Notes: a model not told the origin generated them from the sequence alone. DNA of 64,000 nt from a virus (IMGVR_UViG_3300032242_001941:47612-111611), one strand, 5' to 3'; positions 29,832 to 40,261 are shown, counted from the stretch's first letter. Made by a program: numbers and translations.

Positions 29832-32006
29832 TTATGTTGCTGGGTTCAACGCCAAAATGTACGGAGTCATTTGAGCATACAAACTCTTGTAAAAGTCGTC
29901 ACCAGTGATGGTTCCTGTGGCCTGATTAATAATAAATCCTTTACCAACTTTAAAGTTACCTTTTTGATCGGTACTGGTAAATGTTACCACAGCACCATTG
30001 GTAGCTATTACTTCGTTGGCCTCAATTGGTATACCACCATACTGTGGTAACGCTGTGGCAGGATTGGTGCCTGCTCCTACATACTCAAAGGTATGGGCCG
30101 ATGCAATAATACTGCTACGAGTATAAAACTCAACTGTAGTTCCCGGAGCCAAATTACCAGTATAAGTTTGTTGTATCACTACAGTACTGGTAGTAGGACC
30201 GGTGGGCACAATGGTATCAATGGTATAGTATTCTGGATCACCTGTAATTTTCATCACGGTATTGACATGTGGCTGACCATTGGTTTCGTTGACCAGATTG
30301 AACACACCGTTAAGACTGTAGCCCGAAGTTACAGCACTGGTTTGTAGTGGTCCTATACCGTCGGCCACTAGTCCGTAGTTACCAATCGAACAGTCACTTC
30401 CGTTGAGCGTACAGAATGCACCTGACTCAACCTTGATTCCTACATCACAAGCAATAGTGTAGATGTTGACCAATTGACTGTAACCTGAATTCAACAGGTG
30501 TATGCCCTGACCACCTTGATTGATAATGGTAAAGAATCCTACAATCATGGCCTTGGTGCTTATAGAGCTAACATTGTTTCCGTCAATATAAACAGCGGTA
30601 CCAGTGGTAGTACTAGAAGTCAAGTTCTGTATATAAGGACTTACAAAAACATTTTGCGTAGGAGTAGTGGGATCAAAACTAAATCCTTTACCTGTGTAAT
30701 TTTTAATAGTGATTCCCCAGACATAACAGCCTGAGGTTACGTAGAATAAATCACTAGCAGGTGTCTGTGGAACTACTGTAACGTTACGTAGATTATCGCC
30801 CATGAGTGCTGTGTTGGGTGGAATAGTTACAGGATTAGCTTCGGTATATGTTCCCGGAGCCACGTGTACTGATACTGCACCACCAACAGCCGCAGCGGCT
30901 GCCATGGCATGCTTGATGGTCAAGAATGGAGTATTCAATCCTCCGTCGGCATTGTCGTTGCCGTTCTTGGCTACATAAAAAATTCTGCTACTAGCTGGAA
31001 CTGGTCCTAAGATATTACCGTAAACGCTTATGCCGCCTGGAGTAAACACGGCCACATTACTGACTCCATGCACTCCTACAGTGACATTACCACCAGCGGT
31101 GGCAATACTTACATTACTGTTTCCGCTGACAATAGCATTGGCATTACCAGTATTAACTCCGGTTAGATATGCACCGTTACCATAGTAGTAACCGGCAGTG
31201 ACGTTTCCAGTGACGCTGACACTGCTGGCAATATTAACATTGCCAGTACCGTTGGCTTGTAAAATAATATTAGAATTGGCCAAACTGGTACTGATAGTAA
31301 CGTTACTAAAAGTAATGTTACCGGTATTGGCCGTGGCTGTAATTCCAGTGAGTAGACTACCATCACCTAGATAGTAACCGGCAGTGGATATATTACCTGT
31401 GGCACTGATATTGTTAGCGGCAATATTATTGGCACTGATACTGCCCGGTATAGTAAGATATTGCGTATAAAGATTCTGCCAAACTTGACTAGGTGAACCT
31501 AAATTACGAATGCGAGTTTGATCCGGAAGTACGTGAGCATTAGCTATTACCGCACCAATCCCATTGGGATCCAATATCAAGTTACCATTGGTATTCAAGG
31601 TACCGACAGTGTTGTTGGCAATCCTGATGTTTGATCCCACTGGGCCAGCAGCCCAAATCTGATCAAAGTTGGTGTTAATTTTAGTAAATGCTGTGTTTAA
31701 ACTCTCGCCAGGCGGAACAGTATCAATCATTTGTTGACCGCCTGATGCCCACGTTGCAGTCATTGTTCCTACCGCTGTGGTCAAGGCAAATACAGCGCCT
31801 CCGGGTAAACTAGACAGTGTAATACTACTAGTTGGATAGCCGTACACAATAGCACCAATGTAATAGGTACTGCCTTCGGTAATTCCACCAAATGTTACGC
31901 CTGAGAATGTAATAGGCAATCCCAAAACCATGTTGTCAACGGAACTAACAGTAACGGTATTGGTAGCGGAATCGGTAGCAGTAGCGGTGGTTGTGTAAGT
32001 GGTCAT
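29832..32006 (-). CDS. tail-fibre/spike protein with pectin-lyase-like beta-helix
   Basis: GESLNTAFTKINTNF attachment motif; FYVAKNGND...PFLTIKHA...VAPGTYTE...GDNLR. Confidence 0.75.
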   Translation of the reverse strand: MTTYTTTATATDSATNTVTVSSVDNMVLGLPITFSGVTFGGITEGSTYYIGAIVYGYPTSSITLSSLPGGAVFALTTAVGTMTATWASGGQQMIDTVPPGESLNTAFTKINTNFDQIWAAGPVGSNIRIANNTVGTLNTNGNLILDPNGIGAVIANAHVLPDQTRIRNLGSPSQVWQNLYTQYLTIPGSISANNIAANNISATGNISTAGYYLGDGSLLTGITATANTGNITFSNVTISTSLANSNIILQANGTGNVNIASSVSVTGNVTAGYYYGNGAYLTGVNTGNANAIVSGNSNVSIATAGGNVTVGVHGVSNVAVFTPGGISVYGNILGPVPASSRIFYVAKNGNDNADGGLNTPFLTIKHAMAAAAAVGGAVSVHVAPGTYTEANPVTIPPNTALMGDNLRNVTVVPQTPASDLFYVTSGCYVWGITIKNYTGKGFSFDPTTPTQNVFVSPYIQNLTSSTTTGTAVYIDGNNVSSISTKAMIVGFFTIINQGGQGIHLLNSGYSQLVNIYTIACDVGIKVESGAFCTLNGSDCSIGNYGLVADGIGPLQTSAVTSGYSLNGVFNLVNETNGQPHVNTVMKITGDPEYYTIDTIVPTGPTTSTVVIQQTYTGNLAPGTTVEFYTRSSIIASAHTFEYVGAGTNPATALPQYGGIPIEANEVIATNGAVVTFTSTDQKGNFKVGKGFIINQATGTITGDDFYKSLYAQMTPYILALNPAT

Positions 32007-32134
32007 GAATCTAGTTAGCCTTTTTAGTTATTTATGGCTAAATGCTTATCCTAAACTTATTGCGCATTGTGCAACTTAGTGCTATACTAGCATCATGCTG
32101 TTGTTAAACAGCGTTTAACATAGAAAGGTAACAA

Positions 32135-32398
32135 ATGAAATTTATTAATCCAGAAACTAAGACGTTTAAAGTATTTTCCGCATTACAAGAAGGCAAGGCT
32201 TTGACAGCTAGCCAAGCAGCTAAAATGGGCGTAAAAAACCTGTCAGCTGAAGTATCAAGAATCCGCTCACATGGTTTTGCAGTTTACACAAACAGCCGCA
32301 AAGCTGGTAACGGTGTTAATGTAACTGAGTACGTTTTGGGTAAACCAAGCCGTAAATTGGTAGCCGCTGGCTATCGCGCTCTTGCATTAGGTATCTAA
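32135..32398 (+). CDS. winged HTH DNA-binding protein
   Basis: ALQEGKALTASQA...NLSAEVSRIRSHGFAVY. Confidence 0.7.
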   Translation: MKFINPETKTFKVFSALQEGKALTASQAAKMGVKNLSAEVSRIRSHGFAVYTNSRKAGNGVNVTEYVLGKPSRKLVAAGYRALALGI

Positions 32399-32437
32399 TA
32401 CCTACCCGCTGTCCGATTCAGACCGGACACTGAGCCC

Positions 32438-32466
32438 AAACCCCAGTGCAATGCTGGGGTTTTTTC
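32438..32466 (+). terminator. intrinsic terminator
   Basis: AAACCCCAG-TGCAATG-CTGGGGTTT plus T-run. Confidence 0.8.
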
Positions 32467-32495
32467 TTGACCATTAATTCTGTTTCTTGTATAAT
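32467..32495 (+). promoter_or_regulatory. early sigma70-type promoter
   Basis: TTGACC-17-TATAAT. Confidence 0.75.
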
Positions 32496-32524
32496 AGTAG
32501 TATATTAATAAGTAAGGATATATC

Positions 32525-33058
32525 ATGCCAAATTGGTGTTCAAATCGTGCCACTGTTACAGGACCAAGTCCGGTTATTGACGAAATTCGTCGGATACTTG
32601 AAGATTCTGAAGGTGAATTGTTAACGTGGATGGTTCCACAACCCAAGTTTGAAGGCGACCAAGACTGGTACATGTGGCGTGTAAATAACTGGGGAACCAA
32701 GTGGGACATCACCGACGTTTACATTGACACGGATGATGAACCAGACTCAATTGAATTTACTTTCAGTACAGCCTGGGCTCCTCCGGTAGAAGCATTTACA
32801 ACCTGGGCTATGGCGGATGGACGGGTGCAATTTAACCTGGAGTATTGGGAACCCGGTTGTGGGTTTGTAGGTACTACTACATACGATGGTGAATACTTAG
32901 ACACTGACGATGTGGACTCGGGTACGGACCCAGATCGTTACAAAGAAATAGCTTCGGACACCTGGGGCTATGAAGAATGGGACGAACCGGAACCCTTAAC
33001 CGAGTGGTACAAAGATGGCGTTGAAGCCAAAGGATTGGATGAACATGGAACTAAATGA
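32525..33058 (+). CDS. DUF1281/YubB ferredoxin-like family protein
   Basis: MPNWCSN...WRVNNWGTKWD...FSTAWAPP...YWEPGCGFVG. Confidence 0.75.
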   Translation: MPNWCSNRATVTGPSPVIDEIRRILEDSEGELLTWMVPQPKFEGDQDWYMWRVNNWGTKWDITDVYIDTDDEPDSIEFTFSTAWAPPVEAFTTWAMADGRVQFNLEYWEPGCGFVGTTTYDGEYLDTDDVDSGTDPDRYKEIASDTWGYEEWDEPEPLTEWYKDGVEAKGLDEHGTK

Positions 33059-33422
33059 TATCGTAGCAGGTATTTTTATGGGACTGGGCATTGGCTTTGT
33101 AGTATTAGCTGTGTATGTTTGGGTTTTGTATCAACGAATCAAAAGTCGCATTGACGAAATGGTTGAAAAAGTCGTTGCTGAAGCCGAAGCTGATTTAGTT
33201 GGACTTGACATTGAACTAGACAACGGCGTTTATTTCTGTTATAATCATGATGATAAACAGTTTGTTTGTCAAGGTAAGACAGTGGCAGAAATTAAACAAG
33301 CGTTTCAAGCCCGCCATCCTGGTAAAACAGCCTATTTGGCCGGTGGTGATCCTGCGGTGGTTGAAGAATTTAAAACAGAATTATTAAAGTTAGCCATAAA
33401 TGAAAATAGCCCTGGCCAGTGA
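33045..33422 (+). CDS. membrane-anchored hypothetical protein
   Basis: N-terminal TM; FVCQGKT. Confidence 0.65.
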   Translation: MELNDIVAGIFMGLGIGFVVLAVYVWVLYQRIKSRIDEMVEKVVAEAEADLVGLDIELDNGVYFCYNHDDKQFVCQGKTVAEIKQAFQARHPGKTAYLAGGDPAVVEEFKTELLKLAINENSPGQ

Positions 33423-34212
33423 CATACATTTAGAATTTGGCGACATCACCCTAGTCAATGATCAGGGTGCCGACGTCTTAATTCTTGCTGGCGATATCTG
33501 CTTGGCTGTAGACGCCAACAATGCGACCCCAATGGGACGCCGTGTACAGGCGTTTTTCCAGCGTGTTAGCCATGCGTTTCCTAGGGTGATTTATATCATG
33601 GGCAATCACGAGCACTACGATGGTGACTACGCTCGAAGCCATGAGCGACTACAAAAAATGTTAGATGGTCAGTTGTGTAACAATGTTACCCTGCTAGACA
33701 AGGACACAGTTGTCGTAGACGATGTTACATTTGTAGGTGGAACATTCTGGACTGACTTTGATCGAGAAAATCCGTTGGCCATGTTGAATGCTAGTAATGC
33801 TATGAATGACTACCGCGTATGCAGAAATAGTGCGACTGGATATTCAGGTGGCGGCTATGCATCACGATTACAACCAGTACATACTCTAGCAGATCACAGA
33901 AAGTGTCATGACTATATTTGCATTGTAACTGAACCTAAAGATCTGAAGTTTGTAGTCGTTACCCATCATGCTCCTAGTCGTAGCAGTGTGGATGTCATCT
34001 ACGAAAATGATGACCTAATGAATGCTAATTTTTATAGTGAGCAAACGGAATTTATTCTGGATCGACCACAGATTAAGTTATGGGTACACGGTCATATGCA
34101 CAACAACAGTGATTATATGATTGGTACAACAAGAGTTGCCTGTAACCCAAGAGGTTATTATGGGCACGAAAGAAGAGCTGATATGTTTAAATTGGAGTAT
34201 TTCGATGTTTAA
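33400..34212 (+). CDS. calcineurin-like metallophosphoesterase
   Basis: SDIHLE, LAGDI, GNHEHY, THHAP, HGHMH, NPRGY. Confidence 0.9.
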   Translation: MKIALASDIHLEFGDITLVNDQGADVLILAGDICLAVDANNATPMGRRVQAFFQRVSHAFPRVIYIMGNHEHYDGDYARSHERLQKMLDGQLCNNVTLLDKDTVVVDDVTFVGGTFWTDFDRENPLAMLNASNAMNDYRVCRNSATGYSGGGYASRLQPVHTLADHRKCHDYICIVTEPKDLKFVVVTHHAPSRSSVDVIYENDDLMNANFYSEQTEFILDRPQIKLWVHGHMHNNSDYMIGTTRVACNPRGYYGHERRADMFKLEYFDV

Positions 34213-34390
34213 ATGGTTAAAGTATTCAGGAGCAAGTATTGTGATCACTGTTAATCCCTTGCACTGGCGTCGGATTCCGCAGGCCCGTCGAGCGTTTATA
34301 GATGAGTGGGTTGGACCTCATGAACGGGCTTGGTTTGCTAGTTGGTTATTTTTAACTGTGCGTGTATGGATTGATGATGGAAGCTGGTAA
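34205..34390 (+). CDS. hypothetical protein
   Basis: overlap-coupled small ORF. Confidence 0.55.
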   Translation: MFKWLKYSGASIVITVNPLHWRRIPQARRAFIDEWVGPHERAWFASWLFLTVRVWIDDGSW

Positions 34391-34616
34391 ACCAAAAATT
34401 ACTTCAGCAGACGGTCGTGAAGGCTACCTAATCTGGTGCGGTGGAGATCGCTATGTGTTTAGAATCTATACGGATGCGCCACATGAGTTTACCGATTATG
34501 ACTTGCGACATACAGATATGCGTGTTCGAATCGTAGATTCTGATGCGTTCTTTTATTCAGACGATAAAGGTGACTGTATTGATCACAGCCCTGCGACATT
34601 AGGAATTGACCGGTAA
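34374..34616 (+). CDS. hypothetical protein
   Basis: overlap-coupled small ORF. Confidence 0.55.
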   Translation: MMEAGKPKITSADGREGYLIWCGGDRYVFRIYTDAPHEFTDYDLRHTDMRVRIVDSDAFFYSDDKGDCIDHSPATLGIDR

Positions 34617-34996
34617 TGGGAATGTTTGATAATATCGAGTATCGGGGGCGCCAGTATCAAACTAAAGATACTCCCTTGCAAACACTTGATAATTACAAGA
34701 TAGAGCAGGATCAAGATTCAGGGCACTGGTACCTGTGGCACGAAGAATATGATAGTGAATGGGTCGATAGTGACGACGGGTTCCTTGGTGGAACCATAGT
34801 TCAAAGCAATGAGCGTTGGGTATGTTGTCATGACTTTGATGGCTTGATCCGTTTTTACTATTATCGTACGGAAGAGGATCAAGAAGAATACCAAGCACTG
34901 TTTATGGATGGTCGTATGTTAAAAATTAAAATGACTCAGGGTGAACCCTTAACAGAATGGTTGGTCAAGGGCATGGAAGAACGAGGACTAGAATGA
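34616..34996 (+). CDS. hypothetical protein
   Basis: MGMFDNI...YQTKD motif typical of phage hypotheticals. Confidence 0.65.
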   Translation: MGMFDNIEYRGRQYQTKDTPLQTLDNYKIEQDQDSGHWYLWHEEYDSEWVDSDDGFLGGTIVQSNERWVCCHDFDGLIRFYYYRTEEDQEEYQALFMDGRMLKIKMTQGEPLTEWLVKGMEERGLE

Positions 34997-35142
34997 ATAC
35001 CGATCCAAGATGTTGTGGCAGTGGTACTTGTATTATCAACCCAGAGGGCGAATGCTGGTGTGGGCAGAAATGGGACGGTACTAAAATGTGTATGCCTGAA
35101 CTAAACTTAAAGGTACAAGATGATACAGAAACTAAGGATTAA
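34993..35142 (+). CDS. small Cys-rich protein
   Basis: CCGSGTCII...CWCG...C. Confidence 0.5.
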   Translation: MNTDPRCCGSGTCIINPEGECWCGQKWDGTKMCMPELNLKVQDDTETKD

Positions 35143-35263
35143 ATTAGCACGTTGGATCTTGGGCAAGCATTGTCCTTGTTATCAAATGGGCCATCACAGC
35201 ATGGTAGATTTCCAACAGCGTAGTGCAGATGCTATAGCTAAACAGAAGGCAAGAAAAGAATGA
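35120..35263 (+). CDS. 47-aa hypothetical protein (not in track)
   Basis: MIQKLRIKLARWILGKHCPC...; fills the gap, ATGA overlap with next gene. Confidence 0.45.
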   Translation: MIQKLRIKLARWILGKHCPCYQMGHHSMVDFQQRSADAIAKQKARKE

Positions 35264-35895
35264 AAGTTTGGACAAGCAAATACCGTAATCATTGGCTAAG
35301 CCCATATGTTCTCCTTAAAGCTGTATGCTTTTGGGAAAAAGACGAAGATCGCATCTACAATCTTAAAGAAGAAGCCAACAACCCCTACGTCAAGTGGGTT
35401 AACTTTTTAAATCCTATTTGTACAGCCTGGATGGCCGTTTTAGATTTTGTTCACCCACGCTGGACTTACGTGAAACTTGACTACTGGGATACCTGGAGTT
35501 TTGATCATACTCTAGCTGATATTATCCTTCCTGGGCTTCGACAACTCAAAGCAACCAAACAGGGTGCTCCACATACCGAGGATGACGATGTTCCAGAATA
35601 CCTGCGTAGTTACATGGCTCAGCCCAAAGAGAATGAATGGGACACAGACAGCCTACACTTCATGCGTTGGGATTGGATACTTGCCGAAATGATCTGGGCA
35701 TTCGAACAAAAGGTTGATGATGATGCCGATAGCCAGTTCTTTGATCACAGCGAAGTTGATCGTGGTGCAAAGCCATGGGATTCTGAAAGTTATAAAAAAG
35801 TCAAGTACGACAAAGAAGGGCATCAAAAGTGGCAGGATCGTAAAGCCAATGGATTTAGACTCTTTGGAAAATACTACGAAGCACTTTGGGACTAA
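35260..35895 (+). CDS. conserved phage hypothetical protein
   Basis: WDTWSFDHTLA.II.P.L...GFRLFGKYYEALWD. Confidence 0.7.
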   Translation: MKVWTSKYRNHWLSPYVLLKAVCFWEKDEDRIYNLKEEANNPYVKWVNFLNPICTAWMAVLDFVHPRWTYVKLDYWDTWSFDHTLADIILPGLRQLKATKQGAPHTEDDDVPEYLRSYMAQPKENEWDTDSLHFMRWDWILAEMIWAFEQKVDDDADSQFFDHSEVDRGAKPWDSESYKKVKYDKEGHQKWQDRKANGFRLFGKYYEALWD

Positions 35896-36171
35896 GTGAA
35901 ACAGCGGCCAGATGAATCTTATGAACAATGGGTCAAGCGTGTCGAACAATACGAGTTTGGCCGTGCGTTGATGGAGTTGGCCAACGGTGCAGACCCAGAA
36001 CAAGTATTAGCAGAAACCAGCAACCGCATGATTAAAAAGTTTCAACACCCAATTTTAGAAGCTATCAACGACATTCCGTCTGATTACAACAGCACAGAAA
36101 GTCAAGAAAATTATCGAACAAATTATCAAGACCGTTTTGGTCCAAAACCTGACCACGTAAAGGATGATTAA
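35896..36171 (+). CDS. hypothetical protein
   Basis: ORF in run. Confidence 0.6.
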   Translation: MKQRPDESYEQWVKRVEQYEFGRALMELANGADPEQVLAETSNRMIKKFQHPILEAINDIPSDYNSTESQENYRTNYQDRFGPKPDHVKDD

Positions 36172-36704
36172 TGGGTCTAACTTTGCCACCCGACGATCCA
36201 CACAATCCTAAAACCAAAAAGAAGAGTAATCTTGCAGACGGTCGCTCCAGCTACGATTCTACTTCAACAGGCGAGCTGATACAGTTCTTTAATAAGAATG
36301 TAACTCCTTACCCTACCGAAGTCGGTGGGCCAGCATTTGACCTTATTCCTGTTGAAAAGCAAAAAGACATCATGGTCAATGTGGCCCGTATGCATGCCAA
36401 ACAGGAGTACAACCGAATTATGGAGTTGGTAGCGGTCCTACAGCGTCAAGCCGATGAAGTTCGACAAAGATTGGATATTACTGACCTAGTCCATGCAGCC
36501 AAGTATAGCTTCCAAATTTATCACGGTCAATGCTATTGGTTGGCCTTTGATCGTGCCCGTGGAGGAACCTTGCTGACTCAAACCGGTCCACACGAATGGT
36601 CTACCGAAAAACCAGACCATTATGAGTATGTTTGTAGGGTAAAATGGTTGGGTGATTACACCTGGATTGAAGTTGACCTAAATGGCGAAAGTGTGTTAAA
36701 ATAG
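36171..36704 (+). CDS. hypothetical protein (DUF2452-like)
   Basis: PYPTEVGGPAF...AKYSFQ...G..YWL...P.EW. Confidence 0.55.
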   Translation: MGLTLPPDDPHNPKTKKKSNLADGRSSYDSTSTGELIQFFNKNVTPYPTEVGGPAFDLIPVEKQKDIMVNVARMHAKQEYNRIMELVAVLQRQADEVRQRLDITDLVHAAKYSFQIYHGQCYWLAFDRARGGTLLTQTGPHEWSTEKPDHYEYVCRVKWLGDYTWIEVDLNGESVLK

Positions 36705-36707
36705 TAT

Positions 36708-36959
36708 ATGACAGGACACAACGCATTTGAACAACTTGTAGCCTTTGCCGATAAAGATGGTAAAGTTCATGAACCCGTTACTCGAGAAGCATTTGAGCAG
36801 TGGAAACAGGATTTTACTTTTGAAGCCTTGCAAGGGCAACGATATGGGCAAAGTTTCTGTAACAGGTTTGGTATTTCTGATAACCTGTTGTATTATACCC
36901 AGTGGCCTGCTGATCAGGTCAATGACTATATTGTGAGATACTATCTTGTCAATCAGTAA
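36708..36959 (+). CDS. hypothetical protein
   Basis: QRYGQSFCN motif. Confidence 0.6.
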   Translation: MTGHNAFEQLVAFADKDGKVHEPVTREAFEQWKQDFTFEALQGQRYGQSFCNRFGISDNLLYYTQWPADQVNDYIVRYYLVNQ

Positions 36960-37575
36960 AATTGTTCGGGTTGAGCCAACAACTCCTATGGTTGCGTTAA
37001 CGTGGATGATTGGTGCCAGATGCAATTATGATTGTATGTACTGTCCTACAGATCTGCATGATACAACCAGCAGTCATCCAGATCTTGAACAGTTGAAAAC
37101 AGTTTGGGATTCGTTTTATCAAAAAACTCAGCATATCAATCTGCCTTACAAGATCAGCTTTACTGGCGGAGAAGTCACTGCCAACCGGAGTTTTTTACCA
37201 TTGGTTGAACACTTAAGGTCGGGCGCATTCAACATAGGGCAACTGTTGGTCACTACCAATGGCAGTGCCAGTGTCAACTACTATACACGGTTGTCAGGTC
37301 TAGTGGATGCTATCAGTTTTAGTACTCACAGCGAGTTTATCAATGAGCAAGAATTTTTTAACAAGACGCAAGTAATCAACAATCTAATGATAAGGCCTGC
37401 TAAGAGTTTTCATCTCAACATTATGAATGAATTTTGGAATCAAGATCGTATAGCACTATATCAGGCCTGGTGTTTACAGCACAGTATCAGCCACAGCATA
37501 AATCAAATTGATTATAACGCACAAACACGATCTGAACCAATTTTGCAAGGAGTCTATAATCTTGAGCCAGTTTGA
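36946..37575 (+). CDS. radical SAM protein
   Basis: RCNYDCMYC, FTGGE, TTNG. Confidence 0.88.
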   Translation: MSISKIVRVEPTTPMVALTWMIGARCNYDCMYCPTDLHDTTSSHPDLEQLKTVWDSFYQKTQHINLPYKISFTGGEVTANRSFLPLVEHLRSGAFNIGQLLVTTNGSASVNYYTRLSGLVDAISFSTHSEFINEQEFFNKTQVINNLMIRPAKSFHLNIMNEFWNQDRIALYQAWCLQHSISHSINQIDYNAQTRSEPILQGVYNLEPV

Positions 37576-37885
37576 AAATCACTTCAATTATAACTGTACA
37601 ATCACCACTGATTCAGGAGAACAGTATCAGGTCTATGCCAATTGGTTGCACAACGAGCACTTAGATCAGTTTATAGGCTGGCACTGTGAAGCAGGACACA
37701 CTAGATTTTACATAGATAAAAACTTTGATATCTGGGATGGCGAGTGTAAGAACGCCCATCTAGGAAATGCATTAACAGAGTGGAGCATCAACACAGATAC
37801 TATCTGCGGCCAAAGTACTTGTACTGGATGTACCGACGACTTGATTGCGGCCAAACATGCTGTCTTTTTTCAAACTAAAATTTAA
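37562..37885 (+). CDS. separately encoded SPASM-like Cys-rich domain
   Basis: GWHCEAG...C...LGN...CGQSTCTGCTDD; start approximate. Confidence 0.6.
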   Translation: MSQFENHFNYNCTITTDSGEQYQVYANWLHNEHLDQFIGWHCEAGHTRFYIDKNFDIWDGECKNAHLGNALTEWSINTDTICGQSTCTGCTDDLIAAKHAVFFQTKI

Positions 37886-37894
37886 GGAAACAAA

Positions 37895-38302
37895 TTGTTA
37901 GAAAAAAATTTATATTTTGCCTATGGTGCAAACATGCACCCCGAATCCATGCAGTGGCGTTGTCCCAAGGCCATGGCCCATCAAGCATTTATACTCCGTG
38001 ATTGGGAATTAAAGTTCTACAGTCATGCCACTATCGAACATCGTCTGGATGCAACCGTAGCCGGCGTGCTTTGGGAGATTACCAAGGCATGCGAACAAAG
38101 TTTAGACGCATTTGAAGGTTACCCAAGTTATTATACCAAACGTACTTGGATACAGGACAATACTCAGTTTTTCTTTTATGAGATGACAAGTCCCAAATCA
38201 GGAAAACCAAGTGAGGGCTATGTGCTAGACATTGCAGAAAGTTATGCGTTCTGGCAACTACCACAAAATTTATTAAACGAATCCCTACATGACACTGCGT
38301 AA
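37895..38302 (+). CDS. gamma-glutamylcyclotransferase (AIG2-like)
   Basis: YFAYGANM, GVLWEI, LDAFEGYP. Confidence 0.85.
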   Translation: MLEKNLYFAYGANMHPESMQWRCPKAMAHQAFILRDWELKFYSHATIEHRLDATVAGVLWEITKACEQSLDAFEGYPSYYTKRTWIQDNTQFFFYEMTSPKSGKPSEGYVLDIAESYAFWQLPQNLLNESLHDTA

Positions 38303-38558
38303 AGTAAGATCAATCCCTAATCCTTTATTAAAAAGTCCCATGACCTATATGCGGGACCGAGATAGTTTTAATCATGCCCAGGAAATTACCAAAGAATATG
38401 GGGTGCTTGAACATGTGCTAGATTGGTGTAAAGAAGAACTAACCGCAGACTGGAGATGGCAACTCCAAGAAGTTAGCAGTGAACACAAACCAGGGCGTTA
38501 CTGTTTTTTCTTTGACAGTGAGCGTGATTACCTAGCATTTATAATGAAATGGTTATGA
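38289..38558 (+). CDS. small hypothetical protein (F-x-F...D...F-x-L-x-W family)
   Basis: VLDWC...YCFFFDSERDYLAFIMKW. Confidence 0.65.
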   Translation: MTLRKVRSIPNPLLKSPMTYMRDRDSFNHAQEITKEYGVLEHVLDWCKEELTADWRWQLQEVSSEHKPGRYCFFFDSERDYLAFIMKWL

Positions 38559-38559
38559 T

Positions 38560-39309
38560 ATGTCAGTAGATAATTTTTTAGTTTTAGACAGCGTGTATGG
38601 CAAGTTTATCGTGCCTAGAACTTGTTTGTTTCAGGCTGAGGCCCTGGTCAAAACAGGCCGTACACATATCGAGGATGAACTACGCAATATTTTTGCTATT
38701 GTGGAGACTCTTCCCACTGATGCCATTATTGTTGACGGTGGTACAAATGCTGGATTCTTTACCATCCCAGTGGCCTATGTTACTCGGCATTTCGATACTA
38801 GGATTATAGCCTTTGAACCACAACGTCAACTATTTCAAGCTGTAGGTGGAAGTCTAGCACTCAATGGATATCGTAATGTTTTCCTACACAATTGCGGATT
38901 GGGCAGTGAACCCGGTATTGCTCAACTACCTGCGATTGATTATGGTGTAGTTCAAGACTTTGGCACAGTACAACTTAGTGATGACGCTACTGTAGAAGAA
39001 GATGGCTGGATGAATGATCGTGTGGTAGACATTACCAGCATCGATACTATGGCGCTACCTAGACTTGATTTCTTTAAGTTAGACGTAGAAGGGTATGAAG
39101 TTCCTGCGCTAACCGGCGCACTTAAGACTATTCAACAACATCGTCCTTGGATCTGGGTTGAATACTTTATTACCGGCGCCGATACTATCAAGCAAACATT
39201 GAGTAGTCTTGACGATTATGCTTTCTACATTGTTGATTACCAAAATATGCTGTGTGCTCCCCGTGAAAAACTAGCCAAAATCACCACTGTAGGGCTCAAA
39301 GAAGTCTAG
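38560..39309 (+). CDS. FkbM-family methyltransferase
   Basis: VDGGTNAG, AFEPQ, FKLDVEGYE. Confidence 0.88.
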   Translation: MSVDNFLVLDSVYGKFIVPRTCLFQAEALVKTGRTHIEDELRNIFAIVETLPTDAIIVDGGTNAGFFTIPVAYVTRHFDTRIIAFEPQRQLFQAVGGSLALNGYRNVFLHNCGLGSEPGIAQLPAIDYGVVQDFGTVQLSDDATVEEDGWMNDRVVDITSIDTMALPRLDFFKLDVEGYEVPALTGALKTIQQHRPWIWVEYFITGADTIKQTLSSLDDYAFYIVDYQNMLCAPREKLAKITTVGLKEV

Positions 39310-39310
39310 G

Positions 39311-39339
39311 TTGACCCAAAATTCCCATTTTGTTATAAT
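39311..39339 (+). promoter_or_regulatory. early sigma70-type promoter
   Basis: GGTTGACC-17-TATAAT...TATAGT. Confidence 0.78.
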
Positions 39340-39367
39340 AGCTGTATAGTAACTAATAGGAGTTTTG

Positions 39368-39895
39368 ATGACAAATCGTACACTGATCATTATTGGGTGC
39401 AGTTTGTTGGCCTTGTTGTTGGTACGTCAGGAGGTTCGTATGGACGTGCTTGAAGAAAAAATTGACGATATAATCCATGTTAAGGAACGAGTCAACTATA
39501 CCAAAAATGATGTGGAATGTTTAACTCGAAACATTTATTATGAAGCACGTGGTGAAGATCATCGTGGTCAAATGGCTGTAGCCCATGTCACTATCAATCG
39601 ACTGAAAACTGGCTATTGGGGCAATACAATTTGTAAGGTAGTTTATGCTAAGAAACAATTTTCGTGGACATTGGCAAAGAAATTACCCAGACCCGATTCA
39701 AAGGTATGGGCCGACTCAGAAGAAGTGGCTCGCAAAGTTTTAGCCGGGTATCGTATTCGTGGGTTGACAAGAAGTTTGTACTATCATGCCACCTACATCA
39801 AAGATCCAAAGTGGGCTGACTCACGTCATGAAGCAGGACAAATTGGTAATCATGTTTTTTACAATCGGGCTCGCGGTAGCTGGCTTGAAATTTAA
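39368..39895 (+). CDS. SleB-like cell wall hydrolase
   Basis: CLTRNIYYEARGE, QFSW, YYHATY..P.W, IGNHVFY. Confidence 0.9.
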   Translation: MTNRTLIIIGCSLLALLLVRQEVRMDVLEEKIDDIIHVKERVNYTKNDVECLTRNIYYEARGEDHRGQMAVAHVTINRLKTGYWGNTICKVVYAKKQFSWTLAKKLPRPDSKVWADSEEVARKVLAGYRIRGLTRSLYYHATYIKDPKWADSRHEAGQIGNHVFYNRARGSWLEI

Positions 39896-39906
39896 GGAGA
39901 AGCACT

Positions 39907-40260
39907 ATGAAATCATATCGTTTTTATGAGGATGAAATGGAAATTTTAGGCAACCGTCTTGACCATGCTCGCGAAAGAGCTGCCAAGTCAACCAGTGCCT
40001 GGGCAAGAAATTACTGGCAAAATAATGTAGAACGATTGTTGTTTCAGTGGCAACAGTTACCCATACTCCATGATGGAGACGCCATGGTCACAATTATTCC
40101 TCGCTGGGCAGTAGACTTTGATTTTTACGAAAAAGCACAAGAAGGCGGCCTGTATAACGGTATTAGTGATCGCGCTTACAATGCAGTATTTCGTAACAAT
40201 GTAAATCTCGATGCAAGTTGGGAGGCTCATAGAGCACAACGATTAGCAAAGGCACAATAA
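39907..40260 (+). CDS. hypothetical protein
   Basis: SD AAGGAG. Confidence 0.65.
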   Translation: MKSYRFYEDEMEILGNRLDHARERAAKSTSAWARNYWQNNVERLLFQWQQLPILHDGDAMVTIIPRWAVDFDFYEKAQEGGLYNGISDRAYNAVFRNNVNLDASWEAHRAQRLAKAQ

Positions 40261-40261
40261 C

